Positions 16,748-26,400 of a stretch of 64,000 bases of DNA are shown here, piece by piece (within the stretch, counting starts at the first letter, position 1; every line of letters begins with the position of its first letter). Source of the DNA: Spirochaetes bacterium GWB1_36_13 (GTDB lineage Bacteria > Spirochaetota > GWB1-36-13); contig MIAO01000011.1 of NCBI GenBank assembly GCA_001829155.1, forward strand, positions 2,723 through 66,722, read 5' to 3'. A program made the translations under genes and the position numbers. Under the pieces are notes generated by a model that was given only the letters and a program-made list of their open reading frames with translations, did no database searches and was not told the DNA's origin.

Positions 16748-19281
16748 GAAAGACAGTCCTTTTTTTCCTTTTCCTGCTCGCTCTGGCAGCCTGCCGGAAA
16801 TCATTTTCGCCCCCTGAGGAAAAAACTATTTTAAGGATTAACAAAGGAAAAGAAACTTTTTTGAATGAAATCAACGCTATGATACGGCCGAAAGGCATTT
16901 TGCCTGAAAGTTTGGGGATTTCTCAAGAAGGATTGATTCAGAAAAATTCCGCGGATTTTTATGAGTTTTTTGTCTTTGATAACCAAAAAGCTGTTTTTCT
17001 TCTTTCAGAAGACCCGCTCTGCTATCTTTCTATCGAAACCCCGTCTTTATTTTATCATCTTGAAAATGAGTATGAACAAATTTTAAGCGGTAAGTCTGGT
17101 ACTGAAAAATCAGTCAATACTTCTCATTTTTATATTGAGGCGGGCGGCTATGAAATCGGAGTTTTTTTTACTCCAAAAGAAGTTTATTACGCTTCTTCCA
17201 GTACAAATGTCAAACCAAGAATAATTTCAAGCTCAGTCAATACGCCTCCGCTCTGGAAACTTTTTGACGCCAGCAGCGAACTCTTTTTCTTCACTCCAGT
17301 TTTTCAGGAAGAACAACTTTTTGAAGATTTCAACAAAGATATTTTTGAGGATAAGGAAAAAAGATCCCTTTTTACCGTAAGTTCAACATTGAATCCGCCC
17401 ATCTATGAAAAAATCAGCTGGGCAATTTCTTTTACTTTTATCTACGGGAGAAAACCGGTTTTGACTTATGAACTTCTTCAGGATAAAAGTTTTTACAACC
17501 TTTCAGAGCGTTTTTTTACAGAAGATTATTTTGTTTTTATCACTCCTCCCTTAGGAAATGCCAAATCAACACAGAGAAACCTTTCTTTGAAAAACGGGCT
17601 GGTTCTCCTGATCCGGGGAGATGTTTCAAAAATTAAAGATTTTCTTTTGCAGCAAGGCGTTTCTTTTACCGGAGAACCTTCTTTTTTCCCTCTTCTTCTT
17701 TCTGATGCAGGAGACGGAAAGATTCAGGCAGACTGGCAAAAAGAAGCACTGATTTCTGTTTATCTGTGCCGTAAGCCCTACGGACAAAACCTCTGCCAAG
17801 CATCAGAAGACTATACGCTTATTTCTACTGTACAAGGTTCCGGCGCTTTAATGGATACCGCCTCGATGGGGGGAAAGGGCTATGAATATTTTGTGATGAT
17901 TCAAGAAAACGGGGTTGAAAAAAACCGGAAAAACATTATTCTCCCGATTGATCCTGATAAACTCGCCAATAAAATCATTTTATCTGAAGTCATGTGGGCA
18001 GGGAGTGTTTCTGATGAGGGTATTTCAGACACAGCGGACGACTGGATCGAGGCGAGAAATATTTCAGATAAATACCTGTCAACCCAAAATCTGAAGTTTA
18101 AACGGATCGGTTCAAGCTACTGGAGTATCACTGGGATTGACATGATTCTCCCTCCTCAGGGAAATCTGGTTGTGGCACGGAAAAATACAGGTATTTTTTC
18201 CCAGAGCCAGCCCCTTTATTTTGCCGTCAAATCAGCTCTCAGCCTCACCCAGGCAGACACTTACGATCTTGAAATCAGACTGGTGGACGAAACTCTTTTA
18301 GATACGGTCTTGGGCACAGCGATTATCCAAAACGGGTCATATTTAAATTCAAACTATTCCAAATCAATGGTTCGAATGGATGGTAATATATGGGGAACAT
18401 CAACGGCTGCTTCCACTCAAAACGGATACGAAGCAAAAACCTTTGCCTCGCCCGGAACAAAAAACGAGGGTGAAATCGGGGAAATTGAGGAAATCTATAC
18501 CCTTTCCCTTACCTATAATGGAGTTGATTCGATTCTTTTGGACTGGGAAAATGAAACATCAATGAGTATATGGGTTTGCAAATCTCCTTTGCAAAATTGT
18601 CAGGACGACGCTTCTTTTCAGGAAATCCAAACTTTAAACGGAAGTGATACTTCCATCAGTTTAAGCGGAATCGGAGGCAGGGGATACGAGTTTTTTATCC
18701 AGATCAAGAAAAACGGGATAAAAAAGGATCAAAAGTCGATTTTGATTGCCAAAGACCCTGATTTGACAGATAAAATCATCCTGACCGAAATCAACTGGGC
18801 TGGAAGTACTTCCAATGCAGGGGTTTCAACAGCCAGTGACGACTGGATCGAGATTCTAAACGATTCACAAAAGATTCTTTCCCTTGCCAATACAGCGATT
18901 GCCAGAGAGGGCACCAGCGCATGGACAATCAACGGGATTGTGAAAAATCTGATGCCGGGAGAAAAATACCTGATTGCGGCAATGCGTTCGGGCGTTCTTT
19001 CAGGGACAGCTGATGAGTCTATTTATGTTAAATCAAGTGTTTCTTTAACCCGTTCAACCGCCTACTCTCTGGCGCTAAAAGATTTGTCGGGAAATGTTTT
19101 AGACAGTGTTTCAGGAGACATTATTTATAATAACGGAGCCTATTCCAACAGCGCTTATTCAAAATCTTTGATAAAAACTTTGTCCGACACATGGACTACC
19201 AGCGTTATTAATGGAGAAAACCCGGATTACAACCAGAAGACATTCGGCACTCCCGGAAAAACCGGGGCAGGAGAAAAATAA
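16744..19281 (+). CDS. Lipoprotein with a degenerate PLD-like N-terminal region and two tandem FN3-like plus lamin-tail-domain units
   Basis: Lipobox ALAAC; repeats IILSEVMWAGS...DDWIE...SPG and IILTEINWAGS...DDWIE...TPG. Confidence 0.75.
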   Translation: MRKTVLFFLFLLALAACRKSFSPPEEKTILRINKGKETFLNEINAMIRPKGILPESLGISQEGLIQKNSADFYEFFVFDNQKAVFLLSEDPLCYLSIETPSLFYHLENEYEQILSGKSGTEKSVNTSHFYIEAGGYEIGVFFTPKEVYYASSSTNVKPRIISSSVNTPPLWKLFDASSELFFFTPVFQEEQLFEDFNKDIFEDKEKRSLFTVSSTLNPPIYEKISWAISFTFIYGRKPVLTYELLQDKSFYNLSERFFTEDYFVFITPPLGNAKSTQRNLSLKNGLVLLIRGDVSKIKDFLLQQGVSFTGEPSFFPLLLSDAGDGKIQADWQKEALISVYLCRKPYGQNLCQASEDYTLISTVQGSGALMDTASMGGKGYEYFVMIQENGVEKNRKNIILPIDPDKLANKIILSEVMWAGSVSDEGISDTADDWIEARNISDKYLSTQNLKFKRIGSSYWSITGIDMILPPQGNLVVARKNTGIFSQSQPLYFAVKSALSLTQADTYDLEIRLVDETLLDTVLGTAIIQNGSYLNSNYSKSMVRMDGNIWGTSTAASTQNGYEAKTFASPGTKNEGEIGEIEEIYTLSLTYNGVDSILLDWENETSMSIWVCKSPLQNCQDDASFQEIQTLNGSDTSISLSGIGGRGYEFFIQIKKNGIKKDQKSILIAKDPDLTDKIILTEINWAGSTSNAGVSTASDDWIEILNDSQKILSLANTAIAREGTSAWTINGIVKNLMPGEKYLIAAMRSGVLSGTADESIYVKSSVSLTRSTAYSLALKDLSGNVLDSVSGDIIYNNGAYSNSAYSKSLIKTLSDTWTTSVINGENPDYNQKTFGTPGKTGAGEK

Positions 19282-20681
19282 TGAAAAAATATTTAACAGT
19301 CATCCTTCTTTCTTATTTTCTTTTTGGTACACTCTATGGAGAATCTCAGGAAAAAAAAATTACTCAAAGCCTCAAAATTAAGTTTCAGACAGACGGCTGT
19401 TTTTTTGACAACGCCGATTTTAAATCCTATGATTATCAATTGTATCAAGATAATCAAGCCAATACACTTCTCAACACAGACGACAAAATCAGCTTTGTTT
19501 TGGGCGCACTTTCCCTCTCATACACAAGGGAAACTGAAAACTCTCTTTTTCAGACCGAGGTTTACCGGGAAGCTTTCTGGGGAGATGATAATTTTGAAAA
19601 CAAAAATGATGCCAATAATCCTCTGGCAGTCAAGCGGCTTTTTTTTCTCTACCGATTTTCAGATTCTTTTTCACTCTCCCTCGGGCGGCAGTTTTTCAGT
19701 CTTGGAAATTCATTCAGAGATTATTTTTTTGCGGATACGATTGACGGGGCTTTTTTCCGCTTTCAGATGGATGAAGATTTTAAATTAATTTTCATGAGCG
19801 ATCTTTTAGGAAACACTTCAAAACCCGATACCTATCTTTTCACGGCAGACAAGGATGACGAAACGATGGATGATTTTAACGGGGAAGTTTTAAATATCCG
19901 TACTGGAATGGTGATTGATTATAAAATCGTAAAAATCTTCGGGCTTTACCTCAAATACGGCGCGAGTCAAAAAGGCGGGGCGGACAGGGCTGAAAACGGT
20001 CAGAATTCAGTCAACCAGCCTGACCGGGATTTTCTTTTTCTGGGAGGTACAAGGGTTTTCCTTTCAGGAAAAAAAGAAGATGTTCTGGAAAATCTGGACT
20101 GGACTCTGGCTTATAGTCACGGCAAGGATTATCAGTTTACAGGAGATAAAACCTATTCAGGGTTTGGCTCAGCTTTAAACACATTGATTCATCTGGATGA
20201 AAAAGTCAGTATTTTTTTGACAGCGGGTTATTTTTCGCCCCATTTTGCAGGGATGAAAGCTTTTTCAATGGGAAATCTCCTCCTTTATGCCTATAAGGGC
20301 TACAGCGTTTCTGCCTATGCTTCCAACTACGGTTTTTCCGATGAAGCCAAGACAGATCCGGCAGGACGGATCGACCAGACGCTCTCAAAAACTTTTGCAG
20401 GAACAACGGCGGGCTTTACTCATCAAAACCTGAATCTGGAAATAAGCTCTTTGATTCTCTGGGGAGCGCTCAAAAAAACACGCCCCGATTATATGGGAGC
20501 GGCTTTTTCAGGAAAGCTCCAGGTTAAAATGGGAGAACTTGCTATTGCTTTGGAAGGCGAAATCTTTCTCCCCGGAAAGTTTTATCAGAAGAACGCGGGG
20601 CTTTCTGCCTACCTTCCCAAAGGAAACGATCCCTTTTACGGGGTCAAATTGAATTTTACCTACCAGTTTGATGTTTTTTAA
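19281..20681 (+). CDS. Putative outer-membrane beta-barrel (porin/alginate-export-like)
   Basis: Signal peptide, LGRQFFSLG motif, amphipathic strands, C-terminal YGVKLNFTYQFDVF. Confidence 0.7.
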   Translation: MKKYLTVILLSYFLFGTLYGESQEKKITQSLKIKFQTDGCFFDNADFKSYDYQLYQDNQANTLLNTDDKISFVLGALSLSYTRETENSLFQTEVYREAFWGDDNFENKNDANNPLAVKRLFFLYRFSDSFSLSLGRQFFSLGNSFRDYFFADTIDGAFFRFQMDEDFKLIFMSDLLGNTSKPDTYLFTADKDDETMDDFNGEVLNIRTGMVIDYKIVKIFGLYLKYGASQKGGADRAENGQNSVNQPDRDFLFLGGTRVFLSGKKEDVLENLDWTLAYSHGKDYQFTGDKTYSGFGSALNTLIHLDEKVSIFLTAGYFSPHFAGMKAFSMGNLLLYAYKGYSVSAYASNYGFSDEAKTDPAGRIDQTLSKTFAGTTAGFTHQNLNLEISSLILWGALKKTRPDYMGAAFSGKLQVKMGELAIALEGEIFLPGKFYQKNAGLSAYLPKGNDPFYGVKLNFTYQFDVF

Positions 20682-20738
20682 GTCTTGCAAGAGTTGAAAA
20701 AGGAATGAATATACGAAACTGAATAAAAAATGCAAAAT

Positions 20739-20825
20739 TGTTATTCCAGTTTTTGCTAGTAAAAGACCGGAATCTATAGCTTAAAATACTTATTTTCAAT
20801 AGATTTCAGCCTTCGCGGGAATGAC
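20739..20825. repeat. Degenerate REP-like element (GTCATTCCCGCGAAGGC type)
   Basis: TGTTATTCC...GGAATCTAT and ATAGATTTCAGCCTTCGCGGGAATGAC form an imperfect inverted pair. Confidence 0.5.
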
Positions 20826-20866
20826 CGGAAGGGGTCTTTTTTTTTGTAATTTAAAATCATTTCAGT

Positions 20867-20964
20867 ATATAATCAAATTTTTTTGATTTTTCATAAAGCT
20901 TAGAAAAATATAAATTGAGTGTGATAAATATTGTTATTTAGGATTGACTCGGAATTATATTTTC
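20867..20964 (+). repeat. ~97-bp direct repeat, copy 1 (left flank of PtuAB)
   Basis: ATATAATCAAA...CTTAGAAAAATATAAATTGAGTGTGA...GGATTGACTCGGAATTATATTTTC, near-identical to 23088-23184. Confidence 0.92.
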
Positions 20965-21117
20965 ATGATCTAAAAAATTTTGAAGCCTATAAACCGAAAG
21001 GTTTTAAATTTCTTCATGACCCTGAAATATTGAAGGATGAGTGAAATAATGGAATGAGAGGGGAATAAATTGGGTTTGTTTAAAAACTGTTTTTGATGCG
21101 TTTATCAGATATTGTCT

Positions 21118-21771
21118 TTATTTCTTGTAGTTTGAATGTTTTTTTAGTTTGAATAATTCAACGCCATAATAAGGACTAAGTTCGCCTGCAGTATTTCGCG
21201 AAGCACATTTATGAATTAATTTTTGTATTTGAGAAGGAGTTCTAAGTCCTTTATCAGAATTTAAAACTTGTTCGACAGCCAGGATTTTAGCTTTTCGATC
21301 TTTTTTCAGACGGTTAAAGTTAAGATTAAGAATTTCATTTAATTCTTTATCCCATGCCGGGTCTTTCGAAAAAATGGAGCCGTCATAATCATTATAGCCG
21401 ATATAATCAGAAACTGAAAAATTTGACGGATTATATTTAATATCAGAGTCTTTTTTGCGGGTATCACAATGCTGATTTTTTTCAGGAGCTCCTTTATTGC
21501 CTGAACAGCAAAGTAAAAGATTATCGTAATCCAATTGATTTTCTGGATAGTTTGATTGAGAAAAAAAATGTTCAATTTTTGATTTATTGATATCAATTCG
21601 GTTCATGCAATAAGCACAGAGAAAACCCTGTTCAGACGCCAGTTGTTTTCTAAGATTATCTTTATCTTTGAAAGACTCAAGAAGTTTACTTGTCTTAACC
21701 AGGTCTTCTTTAACTTGTTTCTTGTATTGAATTAAGCTCATAAGAGGCGGTAACTTTTTAAATTCAATCAT
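21118..21771 (-). CDS. HNH endonuclease, Septu PtuB / retron-associated type
   Basis: Likely start MIEFKK at 21771, overlapping the ATPase stop. EQGFLCAYC, IEHF, LDYDNLLLCC, HCDTRK, LNLN motifs. Confidence 0.85.
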   Translation of the reverse strand: MIEFKKLPPLMSLIQYKKQVKEDLVKTSKLLESFKDKDNLRKQLASEQGFLCAYCMNRIDINKSKIEHFFSQSNYPENQLDYDNLLLCCSGNKGAPEKNQHCDTRKKDSDIKYNPSNFSVSDYIGYNDYDGSIFSKDPAWDKELNEILNLNFNRLKKDRKAKILAVEQVLNSDKGLRTPSQIQKLIHKCASRNTAGELSPYYGVELFKLKKHSNYKK

Positions 21772-23032
21772 TTTCTTTGTCCTCATAGAGAACAATCAGA
21801 GTCTCTGCTCTGAGGATTTCAGGGACGGGACCATAAGAAGATTTAAACTCTTTAATTTTTAATTTTGCATCACTGTAATTTTTATTCTCAATGGAAAAAA
21901 ATATTTCTTTTAATAATTTTTCCACTTCTTCATTAAGAGGAGAAGTCTGCATAATTTCTTCCAGTATATCATTTGAACTAAGACCTTTCGCCTGATAATT
22001 GTTATTGCAATATATTTCATCGTTTTCCTGAAAGAGTAAGTAAAGCGATTCTCCCATAATTTCTGTAATAATTTGAGGAGAATGGGTTGTTAAAATAAAT
22101 TGAAGATTAGGAAATGTTTTAGAAAGATTTCTAATAATTGTTTTTTGCCATTGAGGATGAAGGTGTAATTCGATTTCATCGATTAAAACAATTCCATTAC
22201 CCTGTAATGGCTCTTCTTTTTCTGGATTTGCTATGGCTAAACGCCGGGCTATATCTCCCGCCATGGCTAATAAACTTTTCTCGCCTACCGAAAGCTGGTC
22301 GATCTGATAGAATTTTTGATTTTTCTTAATCTGCATTTGGAGAGGATTTCTTTTCACTGTAATGTCATCAAATCCAGAAATAAGTTTTATCGCTTTTCTA
22401 ACAGATTTTAGTTGAATATCTTTCTGATAGGGTATTTTTTTTTCAACAGCATTTCGGAACAGCTCGTTTTCAATATCTTCTCTATTTCTGAACCATTCAA
22501 AAAAACTTCGGAATGTAATACCTGAGTTTAGGGCTTCGTCATAAGCATTTAATAAAGAAAATTCATGTTTTTTTCTAATTCTTAGAGGAATATCTTTTAC
22601 AGCCCGGTCAACATTATAATGTACAAACAAAGGCACATTAGCACTTTGAGGTTTATCCGTCATTGTTTTTCGATAAATATTCGCTAATTGACTGATTTGA
22701 GTAAGTTCTGATTTTTCTTCTGTTATAATCCCCGGTCTGTTTTTGACTAAAATACCAGAAAAATGTTGATCTGATTCCAAAGAAAAATCAGCCGTAATTT
22801 TGCAGAAGTGTTTATCGTTCTGTATATCAATAATTCCGATTGGTTTTCCTGTGCCGTTATTTTGTCTCATTCGCGCGATTATCCAAGATAAATGAACTGA
22901 AATCCCGTCTAAAATAGTACTTTTCCCAGAACCGTTGATTCCGCAGATGACATTTAAATTTTTATGAAAAGTAATGGATAAATTTTTGATTCCTCTGAAA
23001 TTATTTATGATCAATTTTTCTAATCGCATCAA
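21764..23032 (-). CDS. ABC/AAA ATPase, Septu PtuA type
   Basis: Walker A GINGSGKS, FFEWFRNRED, QLSVGEK, DIARRLAIANP, Walker B LIDEIELHLHPQWQ, TTHSPQ. Confidence 0.88.
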   Translation of the reverse strand: MMRLEKLIINNFRGIKNLSITFHKNLNVICGINGSGKSTILDGISVHLSWIIARMRQNNGTGKPIGIIDIQNDKHFCKITADFSLESDQHFSGILVKNRPGIITEEKSELTQISQLANIYRKTMTDKPQSANVPLFVHYNVDRAVKDIPLRIRKKHEFSLLNAYDEALNSGITFRSFFEWFRNREDIENELFRNAVEKKIPYQKDIQLKSVRKAIKLISGFDDITVKRNPLQMQIKKNQKFYQIDQLSVGEKSLLAMAGDIARRLAIANPEKEEPLQGNGIVLIDEIELHLHPQWQKTIIRNLSKTFPNLQFILTTHSPQIITEIMGESLYLLFQENDEIYCNNNYQAKGLSSNDILEEIMQTSPLNEEVEKLLKEIFFSIENKNYSDAKLKIKEFKSSYGPVPEILRAETLIVLYEDKEND

Positions 23033-23087
23033 TTTTATCCTTGTTCTCTTTCACCATTTTTAATAGAATTAATACTCTGACTTTATA

Positions 23088-23184
23088 ATATAATCAAAGT
23101 TTTTTGATTTTTCAAAAGGCTTAGAAAAATATAAATTGAGTGTGAAAAATATTGTTATTAGGATTGACTCGGAATTATATTTTC
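23088..23184 (+). repeat. ~97-bp direct repeat, copy 2 (right flank of PtuAB, upstream of gltB)
   Basis: Near-identical to 20867-20964. Confidence 0.92.
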
Positions 23185-23448
23185 GGGATTTATAAAATAA
23201 TTCAAAGATGTTCGTAAAAAATCTTGAAGTAAAAGAATTTTCAGTTATCCTGTTTATTTTCTCCAGAGTTGGTATTATATTTTATAACCCATAATAAATT
23301 TTGGAGAGAAGTTTTTGAAACTGATGAAACTCATCCATTCTTATTTTTGTTCTATTGCAATGCGGAATATCGTGAAAAACAATTATTTTGCTTGCTCCAA
23401 GTTCTAGTCAACAGCCAATTTTTATAAAATCTAAGGAGAAAAGAATCA

Positions 23449-26400
23449 ATGGCAGCGATGTATCCTTCGAATCAGGGTCTTTATGACAGTCAAAACGAAC
23501 ACGACTCTTGCGGTATCGGCTTTGTAGCCAATATCAAGGGGAAAAAGTCTTACAATATTATTGAGCGGGGGCTTGAAGTTCTGGAAAGAATGGAGCACCG
23601 CGGGGCGGAAAGCGCGGACAATAAAACGGGAGACGGAGCCGGAATCCTTTTTCAAATTCCACACAATTTTTATCAAGGTGAGCTAAAAGGGCTTCCTGAA
23701 TTCGGGAAATACGGGACAGGGCTGGTTTTTCTTCCAAAAGACGAAAAAAACAAAGAAAAAGTGAAAGCTGCTTTTGAAAAAGTGATCAAGGCGGAAGGGC
23801 TGGAAGTCTTCGCATTTAGAAAAATAGAGGTGGATTCTTCTGCTATTGGAGATATTGCGTTAAAATCAGAGCCTTCCATTGAACAGGTTTTTATTACCGG
23901 AAAAGACATAGATTCCAAAACTCTTGAAAGAAAACTCTACATTGTCCGAAAACTCTCTGAAAAGACTTTAAGAGAAAGCAAGATTGAAGATGCTTCCTAT
24001 TTTTATATGCCGAGCCTTTCTTCAAAAACTATTGTTTACAAAGGGATGCTGATGCCCGATCAGGTCAAGAAGTATTTCAAAGACCTTCAGAATCCGAAGA
24101 TGGAAAGTGCGATTGCGCTGGTACACTCACGGTTCAGCACCAATACTTTCCCAGCCTGGGAGCTGGCGCAGCCTTTTAGAATTGTGGCGCACAACGGGGA
24201 AATCAACACAGTGAAAGGAAACCGTTTCTGGATGCAGGCAAGGGAATCCATGCTTGAGTCCAAAGAGTTTGGAAAAGACATTGCGAAAATCCTTCCCGTC
24301 ATTGAGCCGGGAAAAAGCGATTCCGCATCTTTTGACAATGCGCTTGAAATGCTGGTAGCAGCCGGAAGGTCTCTCCCGCATGCGCTCATGATGATGATTC
24401 CTGAGTCCTGGAACGAGAAAAACCCGATTTCAAAAGATATTAAATCTTTTTACGAATACCACTCTACTTTTATGGAACCGTGGGACGGACCTGCTTCCAT
24501 GGTTTTCTGCGATGGAAGATTTGTGGGGGGGACACTGGATCGAAACGGGCTTCGTCCTTCCCGGTATGTGATCACCAAAAACGATATGATCGTGATGGGA
24601 TCGGAAGTAGGGGTACAGGAATTCGCACCTGAGGAGATTGCTTCGAAGGGAAGACTTTTACCCGGAAAACTCCTTTTAGTGGATACGCAAGAGGGGCGGA
24701 TTATCCCTGACAATGAAATCAAGTCAAAGATTGCCAATCAGAAACCTTATGGTGAATGGGTAGAAAAAAACAGGCTGAATCTTCCTGAAATTGCTGAAAG
24801 CAAAAACCAGCCTGCAAAAATCACAGGCGAAGAACTGAAAAAAATCGAAGTTCTTTTTAAATATTCCAGAGAAGACTTGGAAAGTATTATCAAACCGATG
24901 GCGGTAAACGGCGAGGAGCCAACCGGATCGATGGGGACTGATACTCCGATTGCGGCTTTCTCAGACAAGCCTGAGCTTCTTTTCAACTATTTCAAACAGA
25001 CTTTTGCACAGGTTACCAACCCTGCAATCGACCCGATCCGGGAAGAACTGGTTATGACTCTGACCAGCTACATCGGTTCGCAAAAAAACCTTCTGGACGA
25101 GACGCCCGAGCACTGCCAGATGATAAAATTCAAAACTCCTATTTTCACTGATAAAGAACTTCAGAAAATCAAGGATATGAACCACCAAAACTTCAAACCG
25201 GCTGTTTTTGATATTGTCTTTAAAGCATCAGAAGGCGAGAAAGGGCTTGAGAAAGCTTTAGACAAGCTCGCGGCTGAAATTGAGAAAAAAGTGGATCAGG
25301 GAACGAATATTATTATTCTTTCCGACCGGAAGGCTGGAAAAGATATGGCTCCGATTCCATCTCTTCTGGCATCTGCCGGGGTGCACCACCATCTGATCCG
25401 TGTGAAAAAAAGAACCCGAATCGGGCTTGTGATTGAAACGGCTGAAGCAAGGGAAGTGATGCATTTCGCCCTCCTTTTCGGATACGGCGCTGATGCGGTC
25501 AATCCTTACGGAGCTTTTGCAGTGATTGAAGAAATGGCGGCAAAAAATGAATTTGCCAAAGATATGACAGCCGATAAAGCGGTTGAAAATTTTATTAAAG
25601 CCAATAAAAAAGGCCTTTTAAAAGTCCTTTCCAAAATGGGGACTTCAACTTTGCGAAGCTACCGTGCGGCTCAAATTTTTGAAGCAATCGGGCTTGGAAA
25701 TGCGTTGATCGAAAAATACTTTACCGGAACCCAGTCCAGAATCGGCGGGGTCGGGATCAATGAAATCGCGGCTGAAACCCTTTTATCCCATAAAAAAGTT
25801 TTTATCGATACTCCAAAACTCCTTGAATCAGAAGGAATTTACCGTTTCAGAAAGAACGGTCATAAACATGCCTGGAATCCTGAAACCATTTATCTTCTCC
25901 AGTGGGCGACCCGAACCGGGGATTATCAGAAATACAAACAGTTTTCCAAAAAAGCCGATCAGGATACAATGAAACCTCATTTCATCCGCGGGCTTTTTGA
26001 TTTTAAAAAACAGAATGCGGTTCCTCTTTCTGAAGTTGAATCGGCTGAATCGATTTACAAACGGTTTACTACCGGGGCAATGTCTTTCGGTTCTCTCTCC
26101 AAAGAAGTCCACGAAGCGATGGCGATTGCTCTCAATGCGATCGGCGGGCGGAGCAACTCAGGAGAAGGAGGGGAAGACCCTGAAAGATTCAAACGAAGAT
26201 CAGACGGCACTCTTCCCCGAAGCGCTATCAAACAGGTGGCATCCGGCAGATTTGGTGTAACCAGCAACTACCTTGCCAATGCGGATGAAATTCAGATTAA
26301 AATTTCTCAGGGAGCAAAACCCGGAGAAGGGGGACAGCTTCCCGGGCATAAAGTCGATGAAATTATTGCGAGAACCCGTTATTCCACACCGGGCGTTACC

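Noticed and set aside
20943..21044. Short open frame IDSELYFHDLKNFEAYKPKGFKFLHDPEILKDE* after direct repeat 1
   Set aside because: It has no convincing start or recognisable family. It could be a gene tail but cannot be supported.
20867..23184. Retron ncRNA (msr/msd) associated with PtuAB
   Set aside because: No RT gene is in the window and the flanking repeats are direct, not a1/a2 inverted repeats. An RT elsewhere cannot be excluded.
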